Assembly (NCBI GenBank): GCA_001029675.1
Contig: CP011210.1
Location: 384,427-448,426 of the forward strand
Direction: 5' to 3'
From: Candidatus Beckwithbacteria bacterium GW2011_GWC1_49_16
Lineage (GTDB): Bacteria > Patescibacteriota > Microgenomatia > UBA1400 > CG1-02-47-37
DNA: 64,000 nt
How positions within the stretch are numbered: the first letter of the stretch is position 1; each line of letters begins with the position of its first letter. The position numbers and the translations under genes were made by a program. The notes beneath the pieces are model-generated. The model was not told the origin of the DNA. It searched no databases and was given only the letters and a program-made list of their open reading frames with translations. Positions 27,711 through 37,770 of this stretch are shown here, in pieces.

Positions 27711-27783
27711 GGTGACCGTAGCTCAATGGTAGAGCGCCTGCCTGTGGAGCAGGAGGTCGCGGGTTCGACTCCCGTCGGTCACC
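27711..27783 (+). tRNA. tRNA-His (anticodon GTG) with the extra 5' G-1
   Basis: Acceptor G-GTGACCG/CGGTCAC-C, anticodon loop CTGTGGA. Confidence 0.85.
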
Positions 27784-27861
27784 CATCGTTTTTTCTCAAG
27801 AGATTTTCTAATCCATTAGGTCGGCTCGAACCTGTTGCTCAAGGAATGGTAGAATTGCTTT

Positions 27862-28272
27862 ATGAAGATTTATTTTGCTGGATCGATTCGTGGCGGTGAG
27901 GGAAATAAAGCTTTGTTTAAGCAAATTATTGATCAATTAAGAAAATATGGAGAAGTTGTTGGTGGCGAACATGCTGATGAAGTAATTCTTTCTAACTTAA
28001 AAGGGGGTCTAGGGGATGAGCATATATATAATCGTGATAGTAAGCGCCTTGATGGAGCAGACGTTTTAGTAGCAGAAGTTACCACTCCTAGCTTAGGTGT
28101 TGGTTATGAAATTGGCATTGCAACGCAACAAAACAAGAAAATTTTGACTCTATTTAAAGAGGATAAAGATAAAAAACTTTCAGCCATGATCAGCGGCTCG
28201 CCAAAATTAACTAACAAAACCTACAATACTTTTGAAGATATTAAAAAAATTCTTGAAGATTTCCTCTCATAA
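27862..28272 (+). CDS. 2'-deoxynucleoside 5'-phosphate N-hydrolase-like protein (DNPH1/Rcl, nucleoside 2-deoxyribosyltransferase family)
   Basis: MKIYFAGSIRGG...ADVLVAEVTTPSLGVGYEIG, matching the Rcl family signature. Confidence 0.6.
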   Translation: MKIYFAGSIRGGEGNKALFKQIIDQLRKYGEVVGGEHADEVILSNLKGGLGDEHIYNRDSKRLDGADVLVAEVTTPSLGVGYEIGIATQQNKKILTLFKEDKDKKLSAMISGSPKLTNKTYNTFEDIKKILEDFLS

Positions 28273-28619
28273 ACTTTCGGAATAGGTTCCAATGTCCCTT
28301 CAGACCTGCCTGCCAGCAAATGCTAGAGCATTAGCTCTTGCAGGTTGGATAGCTTTTGCAGGCGGGTCACCCAGCGGTTTTTTATTCAACTTCTAGTATT
28401 TTGTAGGTGATGGTACCGTTGGGAGTATTGATTTTGAAGTGATGTGAGAGTCAAAGCCGGCCTGCCCATTTTTTTTGACTGAAGGTATTTTTCTTTGGTA
28501 AGCTGGGTTGGTTTTAGCGGAGTAAATTTGGCCAGAGTTGACGAGTTTACTGGGAAATTTTACTTAAGAAAATTGTAAAGGTTATTGTAAAGTTAATGGT
28601 AAAGGTCAGAAGTGGGAAT

Positions 28620-29768
28620 CTACGGGACCAAGGAGATGGCGACGCCTTTTTTGTCGGCCCGGGCGGTGCGGCCGATGCGGTGGATATAATCATCTTCTGT
28701 TTCGGGCAAGTCAAAATTAATCACGTGGGTAACGCCCTCAATATCTAAACCCCTTTGGGCGACGTCGGTGGCCAAAAGCACCTTGACGCCACCGGTTTTA
28801 AATTGGGCTAAAGCCCGTTGGCGCTGATTTTGGCTTTTATTGCCGTGGATGGCGGTGGCTTTAAGGCCTTTTTGGATTAAGGCTTGCGCCAGTTTTTCCA
28901 TGCCCCACTTAGTGCGGCCAAAGACCAGCACCCGGTCAAAACCCGGTTTGGTTAACAGCTCGCAAAGCACGTCGATTTTGTTTCTGCCGCTAACTTTGAC
29001 AACTTCTTGGTCAACGTTGTCGGCGATATCCCCTCTTTTAACCGAAATGATCACCGGGTTTCTTAAAAAGCCGGCCATGAGCTGCCTGACTTTGCCTTCG
29101 ACGGTGGCGGAAAAAAACAGAGACTGTCTCACTTTGGGCAAAAGCGAAATTAGCTGCTTGACGTCGTTTATAAAGCCCATGTCCAGCATCCGGTCCACCT
29201 CGTCAAGGACGATGGTGGTAAAACCGGTTAAATCTAAAATCCGTCTTTTTACCAAATCTTTTAACCGGCCGGGAGTGCCGATGACAAAAGGCGGTTTTTG
29301 ACGCAAGCGGCTGATTTGGCGGTTTATCCCGGCGCCGCCGATACAAAGCGCCGAATAAAGGTTAAGGCTGGCGGCAAGTTCAATAAATTCCGCCTCGATT
29401 TGTGCCGCCAGTTCCCTGGTGGGGGTGATGACCAAGACTTTCTCGCGGCGATTTTTGGCGGCTTTGTCGATTAGAGGAATTAAAAAAGCTGCGGTTTTGC
29501 CCGTGCCGGTGTTGGCAACACCGACCACGTCTTTACCGGAAGAAACCAGTGGGATCACTTGGTCCTGGATCGGCGTGGGGATTAAATACCCTTTGGCCTT
29601 AGCGTTTGCTTTAACCTGATTTGAAACCGGAAAGTCGGCGAAATCATTTTTAATGGCCACGACGTCCAGCTTTGATTGGCTCTTGGTTTTTTGAATGAAC
29701 CAGGACGGATTAAATGATCGGGGTTGCCTTCTTACCCGGAAGGAGCGGTGGTGGGGACGACGGAACAT
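28620..29768 (-). CDS. DEAD-box ATP-dependent RNA helicase
   Basis: Q-motif PTPIQ, Walker A ANTGTGKT, DEVD, SAT, HRIGRTAR. Confidence 0.9.
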   Translation of the reverse strand: MFRRPHHRSFRVRRQPRSFNPSWFIQKTKSQSKLDVVAIKNDFADFPVSNQVKANAKAKGYLIPTPIQDQVIPLVSSGKDVVGVANTGTGKTAAFLIPLIDKAAKNRREKVLVITPTRELAAQIEAEFIELAASLNLYSALCIGGAGINRQISRLRQKPPFVIGTPGRLKDLVKRRILDLTGFTTIVLDEVDRMLDMGFINDVKQLISLLPKVRQSLFFSATVEGKVRQLMAGFLRNPVIISVKRGDIADNVDQEVVKVSGRNKIDVLCELLTKPGFDRVLVFGRTKWGMEKLAQALIQKGLKATAIHGNKSQNQRQRALAQFKTGGVKVLLATDVAQRGLDIEGVTHVINFDLPETEDDYIHRIGRTARADKKGVAISLVP

Positions 29769-29772
29769 AGGA

Positions 29773-30270
29773 TTAGGAGTTGGTTTTTAGGCTGGCTTTT
29801 AGACCCGACAGAAGCTGTAATTTGGCTCGTTCCGGTGAAGTGCGGTTAACGGCGGCGATTTCCTCCGCGGTCTGAAGCAGGACCCGCTGGAAAATGTTTG
29901 ACTTGCCTGTCGCCAGGGTATCTGACCTTTCTTGCTTTTCCAGCCAGAGGGTTTTTAACACCCAGAGAGCGTCGGTGAGCCGGTTACGGTTTAAGGCTGT
30001 ATCGGAGTCGAAAGCGGGGCAGCGGTCTTTGGCGATGGATTTTTTGATGATTAAATTAAGCAAATCTTTGAGTTTGGTTTTAGAGACCAGGCGGCGGACG
30101 TGGCCCTGGCTAACGCTTTTTTGTTTTAGGGTAAAAGTGAGGCCGTGGCTGGATTGGGAATTGAAAAATGGGCGGAGGCTGACAGCGTCTTTTTTAATTT
30201 GAAAGACTTTTAAGACTTTGCCATAGCGGACAACTAAGTCGCCGACTGTTAAATTTAATTTACTTATCAT
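29773..30270 (-). CDS. CarD/CdnL-family transcriptional regulator-like protein
   Basis: N-terminus LTVGDLVVRYGKVLKV resembles the CarD_CdnL_TRCF RNA-polymerase-interacting domain. About 160 aa. Confidence 0.5.
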   Translation of the reverse strand: MISKLNLTVGDLVVRYGKVLKVFQIKKDAVSLRPFFNSQSSHGLTFTLKQKSVSQGHVRRLVSKTKLKDLLNLIIKKSIAKDRCPAFDSDTALNRNRLTDALWVLKTLWLEKQERSDTLATGKSNIFQRVLLQTAEEIAAVNRTSPERAKLQLLSGLKASLKTNS

Positions 30271-30324
30271 ACCCTATCCTTTGACCGTCCTCATTGAGAA
30301 GAAGATAGTTAATTATAGCACAAC

Positions 30325-31197
30325 TTAAGGCTTGCGGGTGGTTTTGCCGGGCCAGTGACCGCCAGTGGCAAAATAAACTACATTGCAGTAGAGTTTTCTT
30401 AACGAGTGGTAGACAATGCCGTCTTGATGAATAATTCTTCTGTTTGAGGTGATGACGCTGGCGTCGACTCTTTTATCTTGGCCATTGTTGAGGATACGTT
30501 TCATTAAGTCGATATCTTCTCCGGTGTGAAGAGTGGTGTTATAGCCGTTTTCTTTTAGGGCAACTGACTTGATAAATCCGGAGTTGCCACCACCGATACC
30601 AATTTTTAATTCTTCGGGTTTGGTTTTTTGCACCTGGAAGGCGGCCCGTTTGTAGATTTCATATAGAAACCATTTAACTAAGTCATCTTTAAAGTCGCAT
30701 TCATATGAAATTGGGCCGTGGGTGAAAACAGTCTGGTTGGCGGTATCGGCGAGTTCTTTAAGGTGGGGGGAAAGCCAGTTTTCAGAAACGACAGTATCGG
30801 CGTCTGTGGTGAGGATGAACCGGGTTGACGGTTCCACAGCGTATAGACCGGCTTGGCGGGCCCAGGCGACGCCTTTTTTTGGTTGTGAAACTACTTTGGT
30901 TCCGAATGCATGGGCGATCTCCGGAGTAGCATCGGCGGAAGCGTTGTCGACGACAATAACTGATAATGAAGTTTGAGAGAAAGTAAGAGCTTGGTTGATA
31001 GCGGCTAAAGCCCGAGGTAAAAGGATCGACTCGTTGTGCGCCGGAATGATGATGGCCGCCTCTGGGTTGGGGGCGTGGTTGACGGTTTTGATGTTTTGGC
31101 TGTTTTGATTATAAAAATCTACCTTGGCTTCGGAATCGGGAGCAGGGTTTTTTTGGTGAAGTTGTTGATAATTTTGCCACAAAGCTTTTTCTCTCAT
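30325..31197 (-). CDS. family 2 glycosyltransferase
   Basis: IIIPAHNE...VIVVDNASAD...TTDADT, the GT-A DXD pattern. Confidence 0.7.
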   Translation of the reverse strand: MREKALWQNYQQLHQKNPAPDSEAKVDFYNQNSQNIKTVNHAPNPEAAIIIPAHNESILLPRALAAINQALTFSQTSLSVIVVDNASADATPEIAHAFGTKVVSQPKKGVAWARQAGLYAVEPSTRFILTTDADTVVSENWLSPHLKELADTANQTVFTHGPISYECDFKDDLVKWFLYEIYKRAAFQVQKTKPEELKIGIGGGNSGFIKSVALKENGYNTTLHTGEDIDLMKRILNNGQDKRVDASVITSNRRIIHQDGIVYHSLRKLYCNVVYFATGGHWPGKTTRKP

Positions 31198-31241
31198 AAG
31201 ACTATATTATAAGATATGAAGGCAAGTTTGGGGTTACTAGG

Positions 31242-31607
31242 TTAAGCCACAACTTTTTCGACTTCGTCGGGGATTTGGGGTTTGGCGTCTTCGGTCCAGG
31301 TGAGCCATAATAAAAGGCTGTCTCTTAGTTCTCTTAGGCGATTAATTTCTTTGAGCATTTTTTCGGCGGCGGGCAAGGATTTTTCCTGGGCAGCGAGCTC
31401 ATAAAAAACTTTAACCAGTTGGTCGAGGCGGTTGGACAAGGCCTGATAAACCGCTAAAATCCGGCCCTGGCGGGATCTTTTTCGGTAAGTTGCGTGTTGG
31501 GAAAGAGTGGTCCACTCGCCGGCGGCGATTTCTTGGTTTAAGTCCGATTGATCTTGAGGCGACTCCTGGCTGGTTTGGCTTTCCTGGGTTGACTCCGGCT
31601 GGTCCAT
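31242..31607 (-). CDS. hypothetical protein (acidic N-terminus)
   Basis: 121 aa ORF. Confidence 0.4.
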   Translation of the reverse strand: MDQPESTQESQTSQESPQDQSDLNQEIAAGEWTTLSQHATYRKRSRQGRILAVYQALSNRLDQLVKVFYELAAQEKSLPAAEKMLKEINRLRELRDSLLLWLTWTEDAKPQIPDEVEKVVA

Positions 31608-31652
31608 TAATTGATCCTACAAGTATTTCAGTATTTGGAGTTAGCTTAACGG

Positions 31653-32402
31653 TTATACATTAGTTGGTACTAGAGTCCTGGCGTCAAAAACATAGCCTTC
31701 AATTACTAGGCCGGCGCCTGGTTTGTCTTTTAAATTAACTTGTCTGCAAATGGCCCAACCGAAAGTGCAGTCAGTTTCTTTACCCCCGATATAGGCGACT
31801 TCTTTTTCTAGATTTACTTTGTCATCCAGCCAATTGTCGTATCTAGTTAAGACGGGAATTCCAATAACTTTTTCTCCAGGCTTAATATAACGGTCGTTGC
31901 CGAAGTTGTCTAAGGTGTGTCTAGATTTTGTGTTGGGAGCCTCCCAGGCTCCAACGCCTGAAAGTCCTTCAAGGGGGGTTATCTCGAAAGCCCGAGGATA
32001 AAGAATTTCACCAAATTGTCTGTTAAGCTTAGTGTTTTCATCGGTGTTAAGGCGAGTCGGTCGGTCGAGAAGCAAATCGACAACCGCTGGCGCTCGATTT
32101 TTGTTACTGCGAGCATAAAGACGCCAAAGGCGTCTTTTATGCTCAGGGACATTATCTGGGACAAGATCGTTATATTGAATTATGAATTGACCATTTTCTA
32201 ACATTAAAGTAGTACCGTCTTCCAGCGGGAGAATGTGGGTTTCTTTTTCTGTTTCACCGGTTTTATCTTTTGAAGCGAGGGCGTGAATAGCGGCCTTTCC
32301 CAATACGGCAGCTCCTCCTATGGCTGCGACCAACTTCAGGACGTTGAGAAAATCTTTTCTGTCTACGGTTGTATTTTCAGGAGAAACAACGCCAGTTCCC
32401 AT
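31653..32402 (-). CDS. hypothetical exported protein (signal/Tat-like N-terminus)
   Basis: DRKDFLNVLKLVAAIGGAAVLG, then a soluble domain. Confidence 0.45.
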   Translation of the reverse strand: MGTGVVSPENTTVDRKDFLNVLKLVAAIGGAAVLGKAAIHALASKDKTGETEKETHILPLEDGTTLMLENGQFIIQYNDLVPDNVPEHKRRLWRLYARSNKNRAPAVVDLLLDRPTRLNTDENTKLNRQFGEILYPRAFEITPLEGLSGVGAWEAPNTKSRHTLDNFGNDRYIKPGEKVIGIPVLTRYDNWLDDKVNLEKEVAYIGGKETDCTFGWAICRQVNLKDKPGAGLVIEGYVFDARTLVPTNV

Positions 32403-32457
32403 AGACTAATTATGCCATTGTTATAGGTAAAAAATCAAATTTGCTATACTGCGTAAG

Positions 32458-33567
32458 ATGAAACAGTATTTTAAATACCAGGGAGGTAAGCTACCCTTGC
32501 CGGTGTTTTTTCCGGACGCGACCCGGGCGGTGGTGCGGACGGTGGACAGCCAGGATATCAAAGCGACCGGTACTCCCGGAGTTTTGGTCAACACCTATCA
32601 CCTTTACCTAGATCTGGGCAGAAAAATTTTGGAGCGCTTCGGGGGCATCAGGGAATTTATGGGTTGGAAGGGGGCGGTGATTTCTGACTCGGGCGGGTTT
32701 CAGGTAATGAGTTTAGCCAAACGGGCCGGCAAGCGGGGCGGGGTGACCGACAAGGGAGTCAAGTTTAAGTTGTCGGGAAAAAAGACGCTGGAATTGACGC
32801 CGGAGACTTCGATCGAGTTTCAGATGGCCTTAAAGCCTGACATGGCGGTTGTTTTGGATGATTTTACCTTGCCTAATTCTACTCGCAGTCAGGCGGAAGA
32901 GTCGGTGGAAAGAACTATCCTTTGGGCCGAAAGAAGCAAAAAGAAATTTGAGGAAATTTGCGACCAGCAAGGGCTGACCGAGGGTAAAAGGCCTTACCTT
33001 TTAGCTGTAGTCCAAGGGGGTGAAAATTTGAAGTTGAGGCGCCTCTGCGCCGAACGCTTAGCGGAAATTGGTTTTGACGGTTACGGCTACGGCGGCTGGC
33101 CGATTTTGGACAACGGCGAGTTTAACTATGACGTCGCCCGCACCATTGCCCGATTTACTCCCAAGGAGAGTTTTCTTTACGGTTTGGGAATTGGTAAGCC
33201 GGAAGAGGTTGTCAATCTGGTGGACATGGGCTTTCAGATTTTTGATTGTGTCTTGCCCACCCGCGACGCCAGGCACAAGAGGCTTTATGTTTTTGATTCC
33301 GCTTCAATTAATCAAATTGACGTTAGAGCAGATAATTTTTATGAATTCTTTTCGCCGCAAAAGCAGATTCATTACGTTGACGACTCCCCTATCAGTTTGG
33401 CTTGTGATTGTCTTTTGTGTAAAAACTACTCCCGGGCATATCTTAACCATCTTTTTCGCATCGAGGAGCTGACGGCGTTGCGGCTGGCCACAATTCACAA
33501 CTTGAGGTTTTACTCGATACTGATGGAGAAATTGCGACCTACAGGATCTGATCCCGTAGGTGTTTGA
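32458..33567 (+). CDS. tgt: queuine tRNA-ribosyltransferase
   Basis: NTYHL, FMGW.G.ISDSGGFQV, LGIGKPEE, and the zinc site CDCLLC...H. Confidence 0.85.
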   Translation: MKQYFKYQGGKLPLPVFFPDATRAVVRTVDSQDIKATGTPGVLVNTYHLYLDLGRKILERFGGIREFMGWKGAVISDSGGFQVMSLAKRAGKRGGVTDKGVKFKLSGKKTLELTPETSIEFQMALKPDMAVVLDDFTLPNSTRSQAEESVERTILWAERSKKKFEEICDQQGLTEGKRPYLLAVVQGGENLKLRRLCAERLAEIGFDGYGYGGWPILDNGEFNYDVARTIARFTPKESFLYGLGIGKPEEVVNLVDMGFQIFDCVLPTRDARHKRLYVFDSASINQIDVRADNFYEFFSPQKQIHYVDDSPISLACDCLLCKNYSRAYLNHLFRIEELTALRLATIHNLRFYSILMEKLRPTGSDPVGV

Positions 33568-34849
33568 GGCGGAGGTGGTGGTGGAGGCGGCGGGCGAAGC
33601 GGTGGGACTCGTTTCTTAAGTGCTGGATTAATTTTAAGGCTTGGTTGGCGCGGCCTATTTCGGCTTGGTGGAAGGTGGCATGATCTCGTGAGGGAATGAG
33701 TAAGCGGTCGGGGTGTTTGACGATGGCGATGACCGGGGTCGACCAAGGGACAACTTTGAGGGCGGATTTGAGTTGGGTTTTGCCGCCGTCGATGACGATT
33801 AAGTCAGGGGCGGGCCAGTCAGAATGTTTGGCACGGCGCGAGAGGATTTCTTTTAACATTTGCGGATCGTTGGGGGTAGCCAGAGTTTTAATTTTGAAGT
33901 GGCGGTAGAGGTTCGGTTGGGGCAGACCCTTGACAAACACCACCATGGAGCCGGTGGCGTCTTTTCCCGAGATATTGCTGATGTCGTAGGCCTCGATGCG
34001 GTTTAACGGGTAGGTGGAGGGTAGGTTTTGGTAGCGGCGCAAGATACGGCGAAGCTCAAGAAGTTTTTCTTTGGTGGTGTCTTCGATTAATCGCGGCAGT
34101 TCGAGCTCGGGGCGGGCGGGGAGACGACGGAGGTTTTCGAGAAGTTCAATCTGGTCGCGAACCTTGGCGGCGGCTTCGAATTTTTCTGAAGCGGAAAGAA
34201 GCCGCATGCGTTTTTTGAGCCGGGTGATAACTCTTGCCTTTTTCCCCCGTAAAAAAAGTTTTAAGTTAACCAGGTTTTTTTGGTAGTCGTTTGGGGAGAT
34301 CTTACCGCAGCAGGCGCCGGGACAAAGACCTAAGTGAAAGTAAAAGCAAGCATGCTTATTTTTGGCGGGAGGTTGGGCTTGGTTGCAGAAGGGAAAGATG
34401 CGGCGGACAAACCTTAATACTTGTCCGGCCTTGTAGCCAGAAGGATAAGGACCATAACAATTTCTAATTTCTAATTTCGAATTTCTAATTTGGTTTTTGC
34501 GGGCGGTCAAGACCGCCGGATAGACGTCTTTGGTGATGACAATATATAAGGGAGATTTGTCGTCTTTTAAAAGGACGTTGAAGCGGGGCTGGTGGAGTTT
34601 TACCAGTTCGGCCTCAACAAGCAAGGCTTCAAACTCGGAGTCGGCGGCTTGCCACTTAACCGTTTGGGCGGCGGCGAGCATTTGCCGGGTTTTGGCGTCA
34701 GCGGCAGTCAGGTGCCGGTAGCTAGATAATCTAGCTTTCAAGTTTTTGGCCTTGCCGACGTAGAGGACTTGGCCCGAGCGGTCGGTAAACCAATAGACGC
34801 CGGGGGCTTTGGGAGTGGCTTTGAGGGAAGCGGTTATTTTTGAGTTCAT
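33539..34849 (-). CDS. uvrC: excinuclease ABC subunit C (short form, without a C-terminal HhH domain)
   Basis: GIY-YIG GVYWFTDRSGQVLYVGKAKNLKARL, Cys-rich region, and the C-terminal endonuclease motif RIEAYDISN. Confidence 0.8.
   Translation of the reverse strand: MNSKITASLKATPKAPGVYWFTDRSGQVLYVGKAKNLKARLSSYRHLTAADAKTRQMLAAAQTVKWQAADSEFEALLVEAELVKLHQPRFNVLLKDDKSPLYIVITKDVYPAVLTARKNQIRNSKLEIRNCYGPYPSGYKAGQVLRFVRRIFPFCNQAQPPAKNKHACFYFHLGLCPGACCGKISPNDYQKNLVNLKLFLRGKKARVITRLKKRMRLLSASEKFEAAAKVRDQIELLENLRRLPARPELELPRLIEDTTKEKLLELRRILRRYQNLPSTYPLNRIEAYDISNISGKDATGSMVVFVKGLPQPNLYRHFKIKTLATPNDPQMLKEILSRRAKHSDWPAPDLIVIDGGKTQLKSALKVVPWSTPVIAIVKHPDRLLIPSRDHATFHQAEIGRANQALKLIQHLRNESHRFARRLHHHLRLKHLRDQIL
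34459..34491. repeat. heptanucleotide tandem repeat (AATTTCT)x4.7 inside the uvrC coding sequence
   Basis: aatttct aatttct aatttcg aatttct aattt. Encodes EIRNSKLEIRN in frame. Confidence 0.8.
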
Positions 34850-37770
34850 AGAATCTTTTTTAAAAAGTGGCCGGTGTAGGAGGTGGTGATTTTGGCTAGC
34901 TGTTGCGGGGTGCCGGTGGCGACCACCTGGCCGCCCGCCTCTCCCCCTTCGGGGCCAAGGTCAATCACCCAGTCGGCGTTTTTAACCACATCCAGATTAT
35001 GCTCGATGACCACCACGGTGTTGTTTTGATTAACCAGTTGTTTTAAAACAAAAAGCAGTTTCTTTAAATCTTCAAAGTGGAGGCCGGTGGTAGGCTCATC
35101 CAGAAGATAAAGCGTATGCCCCTGGCTTTTGACGGACAGTTCTTTGGCCAGTTTGACCCTTTGGGCTTCGCCGCCGGAAAGCGTCGGAGCCGGTTGCCCC
35201 AACTCGATGTAGCCCAGGCCGACGTCTTTGAGAGTTTTTAATTTGAGATGTAAAGCCTGGTGACTGGGGAAAAATTCCAAGGCTTCGTCGACGGTCAAGT
35301 GAAGAATTTGAGAGATGTCTTGGTCGTGGTATTTTACCGCCAGCGTCTGCTGGTTGTAGCGGGCGCCGTGGCAGACTTCGCAGGTGATGTAGACGTCGGG
35401 CATGAACTGCATTTCGATTTTGACTTGGCCTTCGCCCTGGCAGGACTCGCAGCGGCCGCCCTTGACGTTAAAAGAAAACCGTCCCGGTTTGAAACCGGCC
35501 ACTTTGGCGTCGCGAGTCAGGCTAAAAAGGGTTCTGATATGATCAAAGGCTTTGGTGTAGGTAGCGGGATTGCTTCTGGGGGTGCGGCCGATAGGACTTT
35601 GATCAATTAAAGACACTCGGGTAAGGTGTTCGAGGCCGGAAAGATGGTGGTAGTTTTGCGGAGTGGGGCTGTGAGGTGATTTGAGGTTGTCTTTAACTGC
35701 CGGGTAGAGAGTGTCGTGGATTAAGCTCGACTTACCCGAACCGGAGACGCCGGTAATGACGATAAACTGGCTCAGAGGGAAATCGATTTTAATATTTTTA
35801 AGGTTGTTTTGGGTACAGCCGGCAAGGGTGAGCATTTTCTGGTTTTTTTCCAGGGGAAGCGAAGCGGGCAGAGACAGGGAAACTTTCTTTTTGCCGTTTA
35901 AGTATTTTCCGGTTAAAGACTTGGGGTTGGCGGCGACTTGTTTAGGAGTGCCGGCGGCGACCACTTCTCCGCCATGTTTACCGGCAAGCGGTCCAAAGTC
36001 GATCAGATAGTCGGCCGACTCAATGATCTCCCGGTCGTGTTCGACGACGATAACGCTGTTATCGAGGTCGCGCAGATTTTTGAGGGTAGTGATTAACCGC
36101 CGGTTATCTCGCTGGTGGAGGCCGATCGAGGGTTCGTCGAGGATGTATAAAACGCCGGTTAAACCGGTGCCGATTTGCGAGGCGAGCCTAATCCTTTGAG
36201 CCTCGCCGCCGGCAAGAGTGCCGGCTGCGCGCGACAAGGTGAGGTAGTCGAGGCCAACCGAGAGGAGGAATTTTAACCTGGTAGCTAGCTCTTTTAAAAT
36301 GAGCTGACCGATTTGGCGTTCTTTGTCCGACAAAGGGCTGCCTTTTTGGGTAAGATTGGCAATAAAGCTAAAGGTGTCTTTAATGGATAGTTTGGTCAAA
36401 TCGGCGATGTTTAAGTTGTCGATGCTGACCGATAAGGACTCGGGTTTGAGTCTGTCGCCATTACAGTCGGGGCAAGTTTCGAGACTCATAAACTTTTGCA
36501 TTTCGTTTCTGATAAAGTCGGACTGGGTTTCTTGGAAACGGCGCTCTAAGGCGGGGATGGCGCCTTCAAAGTCGGTATGGATAGTGGTGATTCTGCCAAA
36601 ACGGTTGGTGCCGGTGACCTCAAAAATCTCTTTGGTGCCATAAAGCAAGATGTGTTGGAGATCATCAGACAGGTTGTCCCAACGGGTTTGCGTATTCGCC
36701 CGGTGGGCGTGGACCACCTCTTTGACGGTGCGGGCTAACCAGGAATCGGCAGATAATTGTTTGGCAAAGGGAATGATCGCTCCTTCGGCAAGAGTGAGAC
36801 TTGGGGCGATGATTTTGTCGGGGTCGATTTTTTGTAAATGGCCTAAACCGCTACAGGTAGGGCAGGCACCGTGGGGTGAGTTGAAGGAGAAGATTCTCGG
36901 TTCGATTTCGGGTAGACTTAAGTTACAGTGGTGGCAGGCAAAGTGTTCGGAAAAAAGATGGTCGGTCAGCTTCTGGGGGTGGTCGGGAAAGTTTAACGAA
37001 GCGTCTTTAATCTCAACGGCCAAAGCCAACCCGTCGGACAATTTAAGGGCAGCTTCTAAGCTTTCCGAGAGGCGTTTTTTAAGTTTGTCCACCTCGCTAG
37101 CGTCTTTAGCTTGTTTTTTGGTGAAGCTTAAGCGCTCGACTACAGCGTCGATGGTGTGGCGGTTGGTTTTGATTAAAGCCGGCGGGCTGTCCAAGTCAAA
37201 AAACTTACCATCAATTCTCACTCTGACAAAACCCTTTTTGGCGAGATTATTGAAAAGCTGGCTAAATTCGCCTTTTTTGTCGCGGACCACTGGAGACAGG
37301 ATGATAAATCGAGAGGGTTTGGTGGCGGTGAGGCTAGTTAGAATCAAGTCTTTGACCAGGCCGGCGATTTGGTCGAGCGACTGCTTGGCAATCTCTCGGC
37401 CGCAGTTGGCGCAGTGGGGGTGGCCGATACGGGCGTAAAGTAGTCTTAAGTAATCATAGACTTCGGTGATGGTACCGACGGTTGATCGGGGGTTACTTGA
37501 GGTGGTTTTCTGATCGATGGCAATAGCCGGTGATAAGCCGTCGATCTGGTCGACGTCGGGCTTGGTCATCAGCCCTAAAAACTGCCGGGCATATGACGAT
37601 AATGATTCGACGTAGCGGCGTTGACCTTCGGCGTAGATGGTGTCAAAGGCCAAAGATGATTTACCCGACCCGGACAGCCCGGAGAAGACCACGAGCTTTC
37701 CTTTGGGAATTTTAACCGCGATGTTTTTGAGGTTGTGTTGGCGAGCGCCTTGGATAGCGATGTGGTTCAT
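34846..37770 (-). CDS. uvrA: excinuclease ABC subunit A
   Basis: Two ABC modules ([10 protein letters not shown] and [10 protein letters not shown]) and zinc fingers. 974 aa. Confidence 0.95.
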   Translation of the reverse strand: MNHIAIQGARQHNLKNIAVKIPKGKLVVFSGLSGSGKSSLAFDTIYAEGQRRYVESLSSYARQFLGLMTKPDVDQIDGLSPAIAIDQKTTSSNPRSTVGTITEVYDYLRLLYARIGHPHCANCGREIAKQSLDQIAGLVKDLILTSLTATKPSRFIILSPVVRDKKGEFSQLFNNLAKKGFVRVRIDGKFFDLDSPPALIKTNRHTIDAVVERLSFTKKQAKDASEVDKLKKRLSESLEAALKLSDGLALAVEIKDASLNFPDHPQKLTDHLFSEHFACHHCNLSLPEIEPRIFSFNSPHGACPTCSGLGHLQKIDPDKIIAPSLTLAEGAIIPFAKQLSADSWLARTVKEVVHAHRANTQTRWDNLSDDLQHILLYGTKEIFEVTGTNRFGRITTIHTDFEGAIPALERRFQETQSDFIRNEMQKFMSLETCPDCNGDRLKPESLSVSIDNLNIADLTKLSIKDTFSFIANLTQKGSPLSDKERQIGQLILKELATRLKFLLSVGLDYLTLSRAAGTLAGGEAQRIRLASQIGTGLTGVLYILDEPSIGLHQRDNRRLITTLKNLRDLDNSVIVVEHDREIIESADYLIDFGPLAGKHGGEVVAAGTPKQVAANPKSLTGKYLNGKKKVSLSLPASLPLEKNQKMLTLAGCTQNNLKNIKIDFPLSQFIVITGVSGSGKSSLIHDTLYPAVKDNLKSPHSPTPQNYHHLSGLEHLTRVSLIDQSPIGRTPRSNPATYTKAFDHIRTLFSLTRDAKVAGFKPGRFSFNVKGGRCESCQGEGQVKIEMQFMPDVYITCEVCHGARYNQQTLAVKYHDQDISQILHLTVDEALEFFPSHQALHLKLKTLKDVGLGYIELGQPAPTLSGGEAQRVKLAKELSVKSQGHTLYLLDEPTTGLHFEDLKKLLFVLKQLVNQNNTVVVIEHNLDVVKNADWVIDLGPEGGEAGGQVVATGTPQQLAKITTSYTGHFLKKIL

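Noticed and set aside
28281-28400. Nested palindromes (AATGCT-AG-AGCATT inside CCTGC...GCAGG) in the 350-nt convergent intergenic region, considered as a riboswitch or small RNA
   Set aside because: It lies downstream of both flanking genes, so there is no 5'-UTR context, and I recognised no riboswitch consensus. It is more likely a bidirectional terminator or structured 3' UTR. I kept it out of the feature list because I could not place its strand or ends.
33550-33600. Purine-rich tract GGAGGTGGTGGTGGAGGCGGCGG that gives a poly-Pro translation on the minus strand
   Set aside because: It falls in the tgt/uvrC overlap region. It is read in-frame by uvrC as a different, non-repetitive peptide, and it is not a CRISPR or tandem-repeat array.
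35260-37438. Several 100-260-aa plus-strand ORFs
   Set aside because: All lie antisense inside uvrA. GC-rich codon-position effects give long open frames on the opposite strand.
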